Origin: Lama glama | Taxonomy: Eukaryota | DNA: 64,000 nucleotides | NCBI GenBank assembly: GCA_028534125.1 | Contig: CM052816.1 | Location: forward strand, 74,340,001-74,404,000 | Direction: 5' to 3' | Shown: piece after piece, positions 25,801 to 39,498 of the stretch | How positions within the stretch are numbered: the first letter of the stretch is position 1 | How the letters are laid out: each line of letters begins with the position of its first letter | Program-made: the position numbers and the translations under genes | Notes under the pieces: model-generated | The model's database searches: none | What the model was told of the DNA's origin: nothing | The model's input: only the letters and a program-made list of their open reading frames with translations

Positions 25801-28800
25801 TAGGATTCAAATCCAAGGTTCTTTGAAACCAGCGAGTTGGAGTCTCTAGATTAAGCCAACTGTAATGACTGCCCTACTTTTAGGATTCCAGTGACGATAT
25901 CCAGTCATGGTCCTTAGTGTTTAAGCCCCTCAGGTTTTCTGATACTTGTAGCCAGTAGTGTCCTGTGGGTGATCTAGGCAACAATGCTCTAAGTCCCTTA
26001 AGGGCTGGGTCTCTAGTATATTTTGTTTTCTATCTGTGGTACCTAGCACTGAACACAGTAGGTGTTTGAATTTATCTTGAATGAAAGAAGAAAGATTTTT
26101 TGTTTTTACCATTTCTGCTCATTATAACCTCCTTCAACTATTCCATTCATTTGAATGTTTAATCCAATGATTCTTCACTGAGCAAAGAGGTGGCAGAGTC
26201 ACCCTGAGGAGAAGGGGCTCATGTCTGAATCACCTGGGAGAACTTTTCAAACCTACATAGTTCTCCATTGCTATTCTGACACTCTCCTCTGTGGGGCAGG
26301 CTTCCAGCTCTCCAGCCGTACTGACTGAGCCACGGAAGGAAATGTGTTACAACCCTCCTGTGTGTTAAGAGGATAAAAAAGTCCAGAACCCCTGAAAGTC
26401 GGGTATTGCCTATTCCTACTTAAGTATTCTATGCACACAAATTTTCTTGCCTCAAACAGATTATAGGAACTTAGCAGAAATTCTTTCTTTATCTTGGAGA
26501 TGTTAGACTCATAGTAAGAACTAGAAGAGACCTAATATTATCTGGTGGTTTTCATATTTCCATGATGAGGAAACTGAGGCCTTGAGAATTTAAACAGTCC
26601 TCATTTAAACAGTGCCCATGATTGGATCCTTTGCAACGGCCAGCAAAATGTTAGGCACATAAAAATGTGCACAATCAATACTCATTATATGGGTGAAAAA
26701 ATTAGAAAGAAAAATCAGATGGACGCAAAAGTTGGCCTGCTTTTCTGCTACACCTCGGGGCAAAAATGCTCTGTTCTGACTACTTCCAGTCATAAACACA
26801 CAGCCAGAAAAATATTCATTGAACCTGTCCTCACTCTGCTCTTCTCTCTCATCCTTGAGTTCTTGGGGGACATTGTAAGATACACTGTGTGATCTGGTGC
26901 TTATCTAGTTGTAAGCATTTTTCTGCACATTTTAAATCTCTTCCTGCACTTTGTCTTGTGCACATGAAATGCTCTGAGAGCATTTTAGTTTGTATTGTTT
27001 TGCCTCCCTCCCCTACAACCAGCCCCAGAACAGTGTTTGGGATTCTTTTCTTTCCTTTTTTTTAAGAATTTGACATGCAAATTTTATTTGTTTAACATTA
27101 AAGTAGCTTTGCCTAGTGATGCTTTTCCAGGGAATCAGTTCCTAACTCACTGGGGCTCTAGGAGCCCCGAGACCAGGAAAACTGAGAGACTGGCATTGAG
27201 GCCTCTTTTTTCCTCTGAGCTGCCTCCATCCCCGTCTGACCAAGGTGGTTGCAATGACGGCAGCTTTCACAACTTTAAACAGCTCTTCCTAGACACTCTT
27301 TCCAAAAGTGTTGATAGGAGACCAAATCACAGGAAGTGGAGGAGAAACACAAAATAGAATAATTTTTAAAAGCCTTTGCTGGGCTGCAGAAGGCTTGAGA
27401 GTCCATTTCCACAGTGTTGGGATTCTAATAATGGTTAACAGAGTTCTTCATTGATTACTGATAGATTAACTGATGCCTAACTTTTGAGTAAAGCTGTCAT
27501 ACAGGTCATATGTACCTTTTTTCAGTTGACTCCTGTCATGCTTTTAAAACGTAGTTTTAAAAGTAAATGAGTGAAGGTTAAATTCTTTTTTAAGTGTAAT
27601 TATAGCAAAAAGCACATTGTGCTGACTTATTTTCAGAGACTCAAAAGTACATATTTTGAGAATAGCTTCCTGTTTTCTAGGAAGCATGTGATCTTAGTCT
27701 GCAAAGATGAGCACATTTGAGAACAATGTATCATTTACTTATTGCACAATCGCAAATCCACAGCTTAGTGAATGTTAATATTTTCTGGGACTGATAACAG
27801 AACTTTGGAAGGATAAAAGCTACAAAAATGGTCAGAAGGTATCCACAGTTCTTGAGCCTGAGTTCTGTTGCACAGGAAAAGACCACGACGAAGAGCCCAG
27901 AGTGGCAGTACACTTGTCTGGGAGTAAGGGGGTTAGAGTTCTCGTTCTGCTCTGGTTCGAGCTAGCTGTGAGACCTTGGATAAGCCTATCAGTCTTGCTA
28001 TAGCTTCTCATCTTTAAAACCAGAGGATTGAATTTCAGGTGACTGGTAATGTCTCTTCCAGTTCTAAGATTCTCCAATTGATTTGAATCAACCACCAACA
28101 TGATGGGAAGAATATGTGATGGTGACAGATGGTGTCAGCACTGGAAAGATGGGGTATAGGATGGAGAGGAATAAACTAGTGATCTTTTGAGAGAGGGAGG
28201 ACTTAATCCTTCATCCTAAAAGCTTGTATTTCACAGCATCCCAACTTAATAGTGATGTGATTATTTCACTGTTTAAGACTTTTAAGTCTGTAGATATGTC
28301 CAGCTACATATTAAATACAACTAGATGAGTTTCACAGAGCTGGGAACTTCTCCGCAATTCTCAATTAGTTTTGTATTCTGGGATCATGAAGACCAAATCT
28401 TCATGGTCTCCATGACCAAAACTTTGCTGTCATTTCTGCAAAGGTATCACCCTATTCAGTCAAAAGCCCACTTGATGTGGAAGGCAGCATGTTGCTCAGA
28501 ATGGCAGCTGTGGCCTTGTGAAGCCTATTCTGGGTGACTAGCTCACATGCCTTTTTTCCCTGTTTGAGTTTGTTGGTGGTGGTTCTTTCTCTACCTCTGG
28601 GTGGTTCTGGGTCAGTAGCATGTGATGAGTGTGCTTGTTAGCTCTTTTAGTTAAAAGATACTAAGACTTACTCTGGCTGAGTAATTGAGGTTTATTTCGA
28701 AGATAAGCCACACAAAGGGAGTATAAACTTATGAAGTGGCTCTAAGGGACTCAGAAACTTCATGGAAACCTGGGAACGGCTGGCGTGATAGGTTTCAGGG

Positions 28801-29085
28801 AAAGAGGAATTTGGGAGACAGGATTTGGGAGGCAGAAGAGCCAACAGAGGTCTGATGGCTGAGTTACCTTGTGGAATCCTCAGCACTGGGGTTTGTTTTC
28901 CCCCCAGGAGCATCGCCGTCACGTGACTCAGTCATGCTCTTATCTCTGTTTCTGTCTGTGTGTGGTCGCTTCTCCTCTCAAAACACTTGAGGCTGTTATT
29001 TCCCAAGTCAAATTCCTGAGACAGAATTTATCCATCCAACTGATAATCCTCATCTCTGTTTTGCTGTGCCCAGCAGAGAGTAACA

Positions 29086-29604
29086 TAGTAGGCCTGAGAT
29101 GGCTATCTTTAGAAGGGCCTGCTTACAAGATTGGCCCTTGGCTGGTGTTTGGGTGTTTCTTTCTACCATTCTCAAAGCCGGTAAGGGTGGTTCTCTGTGC
29201 CTAGATTGTGCAAATAATAATATTTATGCTGAACACCTGTTTTCCTTCTGGGAACCTGGAATTTTAGTGCATGCTAGGCAGAGAGGGCAGATGTGACCAG
29301 CCCCCAATAAAAATGTTGAACGCTGCATCTCTAGTAGGCTTTCCTGGACAGAAACATCACACGCATGCTACTTCGTTTTTCACTGCTTGAGAAAATAGTA
29401 TGTCCACGTGTATTCCTTCACAGAAAGAGAGAGCATAGGAAGCCTGTGCGTGGATTTCTCTGGATTCTTTTTCCATTAGGACTTGACTGTGTATCCTTGC
29501 TCCATCATGGTAATGAATCTTAGCCATAAGTCCAACTGCATGTTGAGTCTCATGAGTCCCTGTAGCAAATTTCTGAATATGGGGATTGTTTTGGGGATCA
29601 CAAC
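29086..29604 (+). mobile_element. MER21-like solo LTR
   Basis: ttggcccttggctgg...gtgaccagcccccaataaaa...atcttagccat...atgttgagtc motifs. Confidence 0.55.
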
Positions 29605-29879
29605 AGAGGCTGCCTCAAAGGACCCAGGCCAACTTAGGTATTGGCTGTCCCAGGACCTAGAGTTCAACTCTGGTCCTATCAATTGCATATGGGGGAGGGA
29701 GGGTGGAGTCGTGCTTGGCTTCTCCAGCTTATGGAATGGTTTGAAGTTGTGGTTCTCAACTGGCTGCAAAACAGAATCTTCTGTGGTGCCTTTAAAAATT
29801 AGACCCCATTCAAGATTAATTGGAACCTTGAAATTAGAATCTGTGGGGATAGGGCCTGGATAGTGACATATTTTAAAAG

Positions 29880-30041
29880 GTTAACCAGTATGTATAAAAA
29901 TAGATAAAAAACAAATTTCTTCTGTATAGCATAGGAAACTGTATTCAATATCTTGTAGTAACCTTTAATGAAAAAGAATATGAAAACAAATATATGTATG
30001 TGTATGTATGACTGGGACATTGTGCTGTACACCAGAAATTG
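29880..30041 (+). mobile_element. Young L1 3' end running into the assembly gap
   Basis: tctgtatagcataggaaactgtattcaatatcttgtagtaacc...gactgggacattgtgctgtacaccagaaattg. Confidence 0.75.
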
Positions 30042-30541
30042 NNNNNNNNNNNNNNNNNNNNNNNNNNNNNNNNNNNNNNNNNNNNNNNNNNNNNNNNNNN
30101 NNNNNNNNNNNNNNNNNNNNNNNNNNNNNNNNNNNNNNNNNNNNNNNNNNNNNNNNNNNNNNNNNNNNNNNNNNNNNNNNNNNNNNNNNNNNNNNNNNNN
30201 NNNNNNNNNNNNNNNNNNNNNNNNNNNNNNNNNNNNNNNNNNNNNNNNNNNNNNNNNNNNNNNNNNNNNNNNNNNNNNNNNNNNNNNNNNNNNNNNNNNN
30301 NNNNNNNNNNNNNNNNNNNNNNNNNNNNNNNNNNNNNNNNNNNNNNNNNNNNNNNNNNNNNNNNNNNNNNNNNNNNNNNNNNNNNNNNNNNNNNNNNNNN
30401 NNNNNNNNNNNNNNNNNNNNNNNNNNNNNNNNNNNNNNNNNNNNNNNNNNNNNNNNNNNNNNNNNNNNNNNNNNNNNNNNNNNNNNNNNNNNNNNNNNNN
30501 NNNNNNNNNNNNNNNNNNNNNNNNNNNNNNNNNNNNNNNNN
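30042..30541. other. Assembly gap (500 N)
   Basis: Run of N. Confidence 1.
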
Positions 30542-31324
30542 CTTATATGCATTTTCTTCTTCGTTTCTCACAACAACAAAGCTATTGGGTAACTGAAAAC
30601 TGACCGTAGTGGCATAATCAAGTAGAGGCTTATCTTTGCTCACAGATAAGGAGTCCAGGAGTAGGCAGTGTGCTGATACAGGTGCTTGAGAAATCCTCAA
30701 GTTTCCAGCTCCTTCCAGCTGTCTGTCCCAACAGGCTCTGGATGTGGTTATCCCCACAGTACAAAAGGGCTGACCCACTTCAGGCTTTGCGTGGGCATCT
30801 CAGCAGACGGATAAAGGAAACAGCGAGTGCTAATAAATGGAAAGAAGAACTTCCCTAGGGGTCCCCAGCCGACTTCAGACTTCCCCTCCATCCCATTGGT
30901 TGGAATGTGTCATAGATACACCCTACCTGCAGAATTGGCTGAGAGATGTGTTGTGGGACACAATGCGGTGATGGGCCAGTGACGTGATTGGTAAAAGAAT
31001 TTACCAGAGACCAAGGGAAGTTTAATAGGTACGCTGCTATAGGCAACAGCAGGCCACACCGATGAGAGGGGCCTGCGTGAGCCCTGAGGGTGGGCGTGCG
31101 GGGTCTTTTATTAGGGAGGGGGGATATGCACTCCAGGAGTAGGGGCTGCATGATCAGTTTGTGCACAGGTACCTTATTGGTTGTAAGATCTGTCAGGGAC
31201 TTCTCTGAACAGTGGATTTGACCACTTTGATAAGGGCAGGATGTGAGGCCTGTTGCCTAGGGTAGTGTGAGACAGGCTATCTCTTGGGGCGATGAGTTTT
31301 GTTAGGGTAAACACATTAAGAGAA

Positions 31325-31572
31325 GTTTTTTTGGTTTTTTTGTTTGTTTTGTTTTTAAGATTCCACATATGAGTGACATCATATGGTATTTTTTCTTTCT
31401 CTTTCTGGCTGACTTCATTTAGAATGGCAATCTCTAGGCCCATACATGTTGCTGCAAATGGTATTATAATATGAAAATGAATATATGTATGTAAATGCAT
31501 GACTGGGACATTGTGCTGTACACCAGAGATTGACACATTGTAATTGACTGTACTTCAATTAAAAAAAAATAA
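31325..31572 (+). mobile_element. Short L1 with inverted 5' segment
   Basis: About 31325-31466 is L1 3' UTR in - orientation, fused directly to a + orientation terminus ending cttcaattaaaaaaaaa. Confidence 0.7.
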
Positions 31573-33822
31573 AAGAGAGGATGTTTTTTACCCTGCAGAA
31601 ATGTAGGTATGTGGAGGGTCCTGCAGTGGGAGTGGGGGTTAATGGGTAGATGGCTTCGGGCACACGGAGAGCCCAGAAGTGGGGGTTTTATGACTCCAGA
31701 GAGTGTCATTTGGCTCCATAAAATGGAGACTTTTTTGTTTTTATTTTTTAATCTGAGCACAGAGCTGCCTAAAACCTTCTGAGCCGTGTACTGAAGGAGG
31801 AGGAAGGAGGTGCATGTTGATGGGTGTTGGCGGTGCCTCGATGGGTGACACTGCTATAATTCTCCTTTTACACATGAGAAAGCCTAAGTATTGAGAGTTA
31901 GGTCACATTTGCCCAAGGTCATGTAGTTAGTAAGTAGAAAAACTGGACCCAAACCCAGGCAATCTGATTCTAGAGCCTGAATTTTTAAGCCCGTGCTAGG
32001 ATTTGAACTGGAGAGTAGAGGGAAAGGCATGCTGGGGTGGGGGATGGTGTTGACAAAGTGGGGAGGACTCTGTGCTGCTGGGCCTGTGAGGCAGGATAGG
32101 GGAGCCACAATGAGAAGTTGCAGCAAGTAAAGTTAGAGAGGTGGTTTGGCTTCATTCCTTCTGCCTGCTTAAGCCTTGAGGGTCATGAGCCTTGTCAGTC
32201 TGAGATTGAACTAATGATGACATAAATAGGCATGCATTGGCCAGAAGTGAAAACCTTGTCTAGAAGGCAAAGTCCAGGTCAGCAGATACGACCAGGGGCT
32301 GAACATTGGGAGATGCCAAGTGGGCAGAGCCAGAACCCACAGTCTGTGGCGAATCCCAGTTGAAGCAGAAACACCAAGAGAAGCTGCAGCCAAGGTCAGG
32401 TCGAGGGATGTTCTGAAGATTCAGATGCCTCCAAGGTCTTCAAGATACAGGAGCTGGATGCCAGAGTCTGGGTCTGATGGTATGCGATCAGGGAGTTGAA
32501 GAACTGGAAACCTAGCATATTACATAACTAAGGCCTCATTTGTTTATAGCAATGCTCGTCTCTTTTTGCACTTTTGCAACATTATTGGTACATTACTCAG
32601 CCCTAGCTTTCAGCCCCTGTAGTTAAACACTTGACATTTAAGAGGATGTGGTTACCACAGACTGTCCGGGCACCAAAGCACCATAGAGGGAAATATTTTC
32701 CACTGGAACTTACTACTTGCAAATATTAGCTTCACCTGTGTTATCTCCCAGGGTAACTGCAGTGGGAACACAAAGAGAGGTAGAATTCATAAGGAGGGAG
32801 CTATGCACAATGGCTACCTCATCAGCTTTAGGTTATGTGCTCTTCTGTGCGGTTCCTGAGTGCAGAGCTTAGCCCGCGAGACTTCAGGTCCCAGTAGGGA
32901 GACTTACAATGCGAGAGGCTCAGTGAGAGAACTCACTGCCTCGCAGAGTGGTGAGCTTTTCCAGCTGGAGGTGTTTACGAAGAGGCTGGAAGACCGTTGA
33001 GGAGAGCGGTTTTGGAATCCTTCCCTGCATAGAGTGTAAGCATGAAGTTTGAGGGTTTCAAATCTGCCTTTTCATAACTGCACAGCATGCCCATCTGAAA
33101 TCAGTCTGCTCTTTAGGCTCCAAGTAGTAATCCGAGAAGTTTGCTGTGATGAGTCAGGTGGCAGCCAACAGCTGGAGGACTTAGCAGAGCCTCCTTCCCC
33201 CTAGTGCAGATCCTTCTTTCCCCAGAAGCACTGTCTGGGCAACTGGGAATGGCCCCCTTCCCTCTCACATAACCATTTGCTTTATCCTAGGGCTTTTTGG
33301 AGACAAGGAATATTTTACTTAAGGCACAGAAGAAGTTATTTTGTGCTCCTCAAACTAAACCATAGAGATAATTATTTACCTGCCTAGAGCTGGTTCTACA
33401 AACAGCTGCTTTAAAAAAAATTTCTTTCTGGAATGACATGACCACTTGTGCCAGTACTGGAGGGCTAATAATAGGGCAATAAAAGAGGAGAATTTAAAGC
33501 TAAGTGCTGGTTTTATGTATTTAACAGCCAGAATGTCCCGATACTATCAGCATTACATTGAACCTAAGTTATAGTAAAACCTAGTCTGAAAACCCCAAGA
33601 GAAATTGAGGTGTCATGCTTCTAGCTCGTGTTCTAAAGATGTATGACTAGCAAAATCCCTTCTGCATTTAGCCTTACATTGCTAATGCACCAGAATTTAA
33701 AAGATGCATTCATATAAGTTGATGCATAAAATAGCAAAGAAAGACATACAGAGAAAACATACTTTCCTTAATATACAAATAATTAACTAGCATTTCATAG
33801 AAAAGAGAGTACAGATGGTCAG

Positions 33823-34203
33823 TGCTTTGGGCTGAATTGTGTTCCCCCAAATTTGTATGTTGACATCCTAACCTCAATACATCAGAATGTGACTGTATTT
33901 GGAGACAGGGTATCAAAAGAGGTGATTAAGGTAAAATGAGGTCATATGGGTGGGTCCTAATCCAACATGGCTGGTGTCCTCTTGAGAAGAGATTAGGGTA
34001 TAGGCATGCATAGAGGAAGACCACATGAAGGCAAAGGGAGAAAATGGTCCTCTGTGAACCAAGGAGAGAGGCTTCAAATGAAACCAACCCTGCCGACCCC
34101 TTGATCTTGGACTTCTAGCCTCCAGAACTGAGAGGAAATAAATTTCCGTTGTTAAGCTGCCCAATGTGTGGTACTTTGTGATGGCAGCCCTAGTGAACTA
34201 ATA
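33823..34203 (+). mobile_element. MLT1 (MaLR) solo LTR
   Basis: gggctgaattgtgttcccccaaa...gtgactgtatttggagacaggg...ttggacttctagcctccagaactgagaggaaataaattt...ggcagccctag. Confidence 0.85.
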
Positions 34204-35150
34204 GTCAGTAAACTTACAAATAATAAACTCAAACAATAATTTGATGATGGAAATTAGTACTGCCATATACTTTTGAGTGGAGTATAATTTGGTACACTTG
34301 GAAGGGCAATTTGGTAGTAACATTTAAAATTTGAAATATACATTTCCTTTGACCAGCAATGTTATTTCAAGTAGAAATTATATGTCACTTACAAAGATAC
34401 AGATAGACAGATATAGATGTAGCCAATTACATTTTGAAAATTGGAAACAACTTCCATTAAGAAGGGCGTATATATTAATGACCGTTTATAGAATGAAATA
34501 ATGTGCAGTTTTAAAGAAAGAATGAGGTAACTCTGTCATATGGACATAGAAGGATGTCTATGGCTTGGAAAGATGTCCATGATATATTATTAAATTAAAA
34601 ATAGTTGTGAAACAGTATGTAGAGAATAACTATATTTATTTCTACCCAGCAATATATACTTTCCACCAGTATAGTATACAATTTAAGACTGTATTTCCTT
34701 TTTTGAAACGTTGAGTTATTTTTAATGAATATTATACAAGGCTACCTGGTCTGAAATTATTACACTTAATTGATTATTCTTCCAGAAAACTAATAATATT
34801 TGCTGTAAGATTCCATAAGAAGACTCTTATGATTTGAGAAATCATCAACACAAGTCCTAGAATACTTTTTGGTAATATGTAAAGTTAAGTGGAAAATTAA
34901 GACCACCAGAAAATGAACGTAGATTGTCTTGAAATATCCATTTAACTGAGATTAGAGGAGTGGTTCTGGAAAAAATGTTTCAATTGTATAAACCTGGCCT
35001 CTTTGCAAACTGGATAGCATGGTAGACATACAACAGAAATCTACGTTTTAAGGGAAATGGGCATGAACAGTTTTTAGCAGCCAGTCTAAGGCATTATTAG
35101 TTTTGAGAAGGAATTCATTAGACAGACCTATGTTTTCTGTGTCTAGGATA

Positions 35151-35682
35151 TGTGAGGAAATGAATAATCACTTGAGCTTCATTGGTTCTATGTCTCTTTG
35201 GGCTGTTAATTCAAAGAAACCTCAGACACAGGAGAAGCTCTGAAAACTAAGTACAAGTTACCCTTTTGTAAGGGCTGTTCACTTTTATAAGGGAATTCTC
35301 CGTCTGTAAGGGTATCTCCCTCTCTGTAACAGGAAGAGGAGGATGACCAAATCTCTGGAAACTTATCAGTGGAGAAGGCAATGACCTAAATCTGCATAAC
35401 AACCTTACCCTTGTTTACTGTGCTTTCCCCAGTTGCTGCCCATAATTGACTCCCCTACCTCCCAACATCTTCTTTTGTCTTTAGCTGGAGATGATTTTTA
35501 AGGGGGTGGCTTGGGCCATTTCTGGGAGTTACTCAGTTTTCCTAGATATCTCCCAACTCTACAGGAGGACTGCATGTTATTAAACTTGTTTGTTTTCCTC
35601 CTGTTACTCTATCTTGTATTCCAGGGAGAGTCTCAGCCAAGAGCCTAGAAGGATAGAGAGAAAATTATTTTTCCTGCCCTAC
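35151..35682 (+). mobile_element. Probable ERV solo LTR
   Basis: TG...CA ends (tgtgaggaaa...ccctaca), ATTAAA near 35579, LTR-like composition. No clear TSD. Confidence 0.45.
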
Positions 35683-37210
35683 ATGTGGTCTGGAGGCCAT
35701 TTGATGCCCCTGTGCTCCTTGCATGTTGATGCCAATACCATGTCCCATGGGGAGCTGCAGGAGCTGGCTCTGGTTTAGAGTAGTTAAAAAATTTTAAATT
35801 AATAACATCCCATTTCAAATAAAGTTCTTCTGATTTTGGTTCTCTCTGTGCTCAGTCCCGCATGGAATTTGGCACTCTATGTAGTTATCCCCTTAATTGC
35901 TGTCATGTTTGGTATATAAAACAGTTCTCAGATCTGTAAACTTGTGTACTTGAGGAAGAGCTCCCTTCAAAGCATATTTCAGTTTCATATGAATCGCAAA
36001 GGATCCAATTAGTCCTTATCTAATCCAAGCTGCTGTTCCATGACCTCCTCGGCCATTATTCTTTCGCTTGTTTACTTTGCAAACATCTTGCTTTTTCCTG
36101 GGTGCCCTTTGCGTACTCAGTAGCTTACCTTTCAACATAAATGCTCAAACAGTATCATGTTTGATACAAGGCATAGGATGAGGTCTAGGGCACCTTCTTG
36201 TATATGAAAGGGGAGGAAGAGTAATTTAGGTCAAAAGGTTCCATTTCTCAAAATATTGGAGAAGTCTTCATTTCTCTTTGCATGTAAAACACCACCTAAC
36301 AACCAAGCTAAAGGAGTTAATGTTTTATATAGGCCCTTCATATGGTAATAAAACTCACTTTTTAATAATTTGAGACATCAATGTTTTATAAATATTAATG
36401 GATCACTGTCATATTATCACCTGCGTTAGCTAATAAACTGATTTGTAAAATCACAGTTCACAGCCCTTCTCTCTTCCAGATTCTTAGGGCCCTATTCTCC
36501 ATAGAAATCAACCACCACCATAAAAAGTTGAGAATGCTTATTAAAACCATGGATTAAATAAACATTGTAGGGGAAAATGATAAGGATGTGAAAGAATGAG
36601 ACAGTATGAAGAAAGATGGATTCGTGGCTCCAGGGCTGGAAGTGGTGAGGGATGAGATCATTAGGATAAAGTTCAACCCAAAAGGACAGTAATCTTAACG
36701 TTCACTGTATGGTGGGGCTGGACAACCTATGAGGAGATTTTAATCATTCATAAAACTTGAAATAAAATAACATTCTAGACAGTGCTGTGGTCAGATTTTC
36801 TGGGGGCTTTGGAGGTAGAGTGCAAAACCTAAGATAAAGTGACTGTTGAACTTGTTTGAGAGCATGCTGAACTACCGTGCTGGTCCTGTCCAGGCTGGAT
36901 TAAAGGCTTCTTTTTTCATTTCCAAGTTTCCAACAGAACCTTGTGCTTATAGCATCCTAGACATTGTCACATTTTCCAGTGTGTTTTCATGCTTACATGT
37001 CTGTCTATTCTGTTAGATTTTGAGGTCCTTTAGAACAAGGGACCTCAGCATTGTGCCCAGCCTGAGCACCTAATACATGTTTGTTTGATTTTGTTTGTAA
37101 TTTGATTTAATACCCAATAAAGGTTTGCTTGAAAATTCTGCTTTCTTAAAAATGCTGACAAGACCCAGATTGCCCAGCACAGAAAAGGCTATTAAGAATG
37201 AATTCCCTTC

Positions 37211-37924
37211 AAACCCTCCTACATGGTTGGTGGGAATATAAATTGGTGCAGCTACTATGGAGAACAGTATGGAGGTTCCTTAAAAAGCTAAAAATAGATT
37301 TACCCTATGATCCAGCAATCCCACTCCTGGGCATATATCCAGAGGAAACTCTAATTTGAACAGATATATGCACCCCAGTGATCATAGCAGTACTTACAAC
37401 AGCCAAGACATGGAAGCAACCTAAGTGTCCATCCACAGACGATTGGTTTAAAAAGATGTGATACACACACACAGACACACGATGGACCATTACTCAGCCA
37501 TAAAAAAGAATGAAATGTTGCCATTTGCATCAACATGGATGGACCTAGAGATGATCATACTAAGTGAAATAAGTCAGACAGAGAAAGACAACTACCATAT
37601 GATATCACTTATATGTAAAATCTAAAAAATAATACAAATGAATTTGTTTACAAAACAGAAAGAAACTCACAGACAGAAAACAAACTTATTGTCACCAAAG
37701 GGGAAAGGGAGGGGAGGGATAAATTAGGCATATGGTATTAAAAGATACAAACTACTATATATAAAATAGATAAGCAGCAAGGATTTACTGTATAACATAG
37801 GGAACTGTATTCAGTATCTTGTAATAACCTATAATGGAAAATAATCTACAAGATAATTGTCTGCATCACTTTGAGGTACACCTGAAATTGTATTGTAGAT
37901 CAACTGTACTTCAATTAAAAAGAA
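37211..37924 (+). mobile_element. 5'-truncated LINE-1 with perfect 17-bp TSD
   Basis: L1 ORF2 end and 3' UTR with an A-rich tail. aagaatgaattcccttc occurs at both 37194-37210 and 37925-37941. Confidence 0.92.
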
Positions 37925-39304
37925 AAGAATGAATTCCCTTCCAACATTGCAAGCTCTCTGTCATCTCCTTTTTGGTTTTGGACACACACTGGCCTGGACA
38001 CACACAGTCCTATGTACTTTGCTTTGGAGCTAGCTGCATGCTTAGAGGGAATTCTTTGGCACAGGAGGCAGCTGCTAAGCTACATGTAAAGAAAGGAGGT
38101 GATGTTGAAATACTCAATTTCCTGCTGCAGACAGACTCACCCTATTTAGATTTGTCAAGAAAATGAACCAGAGGGAGGACTATCTGTTTTATATGAGACT
38201 TTTTCACAAGGTTCTTTTAAAAAGCAAGTAGGTATATGTGCATTTTTCCCCCGGGGAGAAACTGAGCATTTACTGGATTCTCAAAAGGATCGGGACCCCA
38301 AAAAGGTTAATACCTCCTGCTTAGAGTGAGTAAATAGAATTTGGCTTTCAAATGTCAGGCTTCTACTTTGATAATATGTTTCTTTACAGGAAAGATAACA
38401 GCTGGGCCTTTCTGTACTTCCTGCACCTTGTACAACAGTACCCAGCACACAGCAATCAATAGCAGTTTGTTTGGACAAAATGCATTGGTAGTGAAAACAA
38501 GGCTTACTTGAAAACCATCACTCTCCAGGGCTGACATCATTTGACATTTGCTCCTTGCCTTACCCATCACTGCTGTGTTCATTTGTAGCAGTTGGTGGAA
38601 AGAACTTACCCCTCTCTGAAACAGTAGGCACCTTCTATTTTCTTTGAACATTTTGAAATTTCCATACCCTTATCCATGTCCAGTTATTATCACAGCTAAC
38701 TTTTATTTGGATGGTACTTAAATTTGTAAAGATTTTACATTAGATTCTTAACATGTCTGTGGGATGCATAGGTCTTCCAGGGAGTAGGACTTCTTTGATG
38801 AGAAAAATGAGGCCTGCTCTCCTGCAGATAGGAGGCTTATTTTCTTACTTTTTCCCCTCAAACAAAAAAGGAGCAGAGGTCCTGGTTGATCGACAGAGAT
38901 TCAGATTTTAAAGATTGCGAAATAATGCAAGCAGGTCTGTAACAGGAGGAGACTGGAAAGATTTGAAACAGCAGGTGCCTTTTCTAACAAAACTCACATA
39001 GTTTGGGTTAGGCTAGCACCTGGCCACTACAAAGCAAAAGGAAGAAAAATTTTTTTTTTAAAATTTTGTTTCAAGCAGCAGCTCAAGTCGCTGGCTCAGC
39101 AAGTATTTTCCCCTATTATAGTTTGGAAAAGAGCGTGACTTGGAGGCCCTCTTTACCCTTAGCCCTTCCTCCCGCCCCCGACTGTACCATTAAATCCTAG
39201 ATACTGGGGTGACTAAAATGGGTGGGGAATAAATCAGTAATTGACAAAAACTACCCTCCCCCACCCATTTTATGCGTGGCAGTGGTTTCTACTTTTTTTT
39301 TTAA

Positions 39305-39420
39305 AGTTGATTGCAATAATCAATTCAGAGCTTTGCCCTGCTTGCAAGGTCACAGCCTGAGTGGACACTGAACTTTGGACTGTAGCTGAGGGGTGAGGTA
39401 AACAACAGGACTATAAATAT
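39305..39420 (+). promoter_or_regulatory. SELENOP: SELENOP proximal promoter
   Basis: C/EBP-like ATTGCAAT 39310-39317, CAAGGTCA 39345-39352, HNF4-type DR1 TGAACTTTGGACT 39369-39381, FoxO site GTAAACAA 39398-39405 and TATAAA 39412-39417. Adjacent HNF4A and FoxO sites are an established feature of the human SELENOP promoter. Confidence 0.85.
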
Positions 39421-39441
39421 CCGCGTTTCTGGCTGTGGTTT

Positions 39442-39498
39442 TGTGGAGCCGCCCAGCTGAGCAAAGACAAAGGGAGCAGGCCAGTCAGAAGGCGTTGT
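39442..39498 (+). other. SELENOP: SELENOP non-coding exon 1 (start approximate)
   Basis: Lies downstream of the TATA box and ends at a consensus donor gttgt|GTAAGT (39499). Splicing to 41664 gives gttgt-gacaaccccagcaATG, as recalled for SELENOP mRNA. Confidence 0.8.

Noticed and set aside
29945..30778. Long ORFs in all frames
   Set aside because: Artefact of translating through the 500-N gap.
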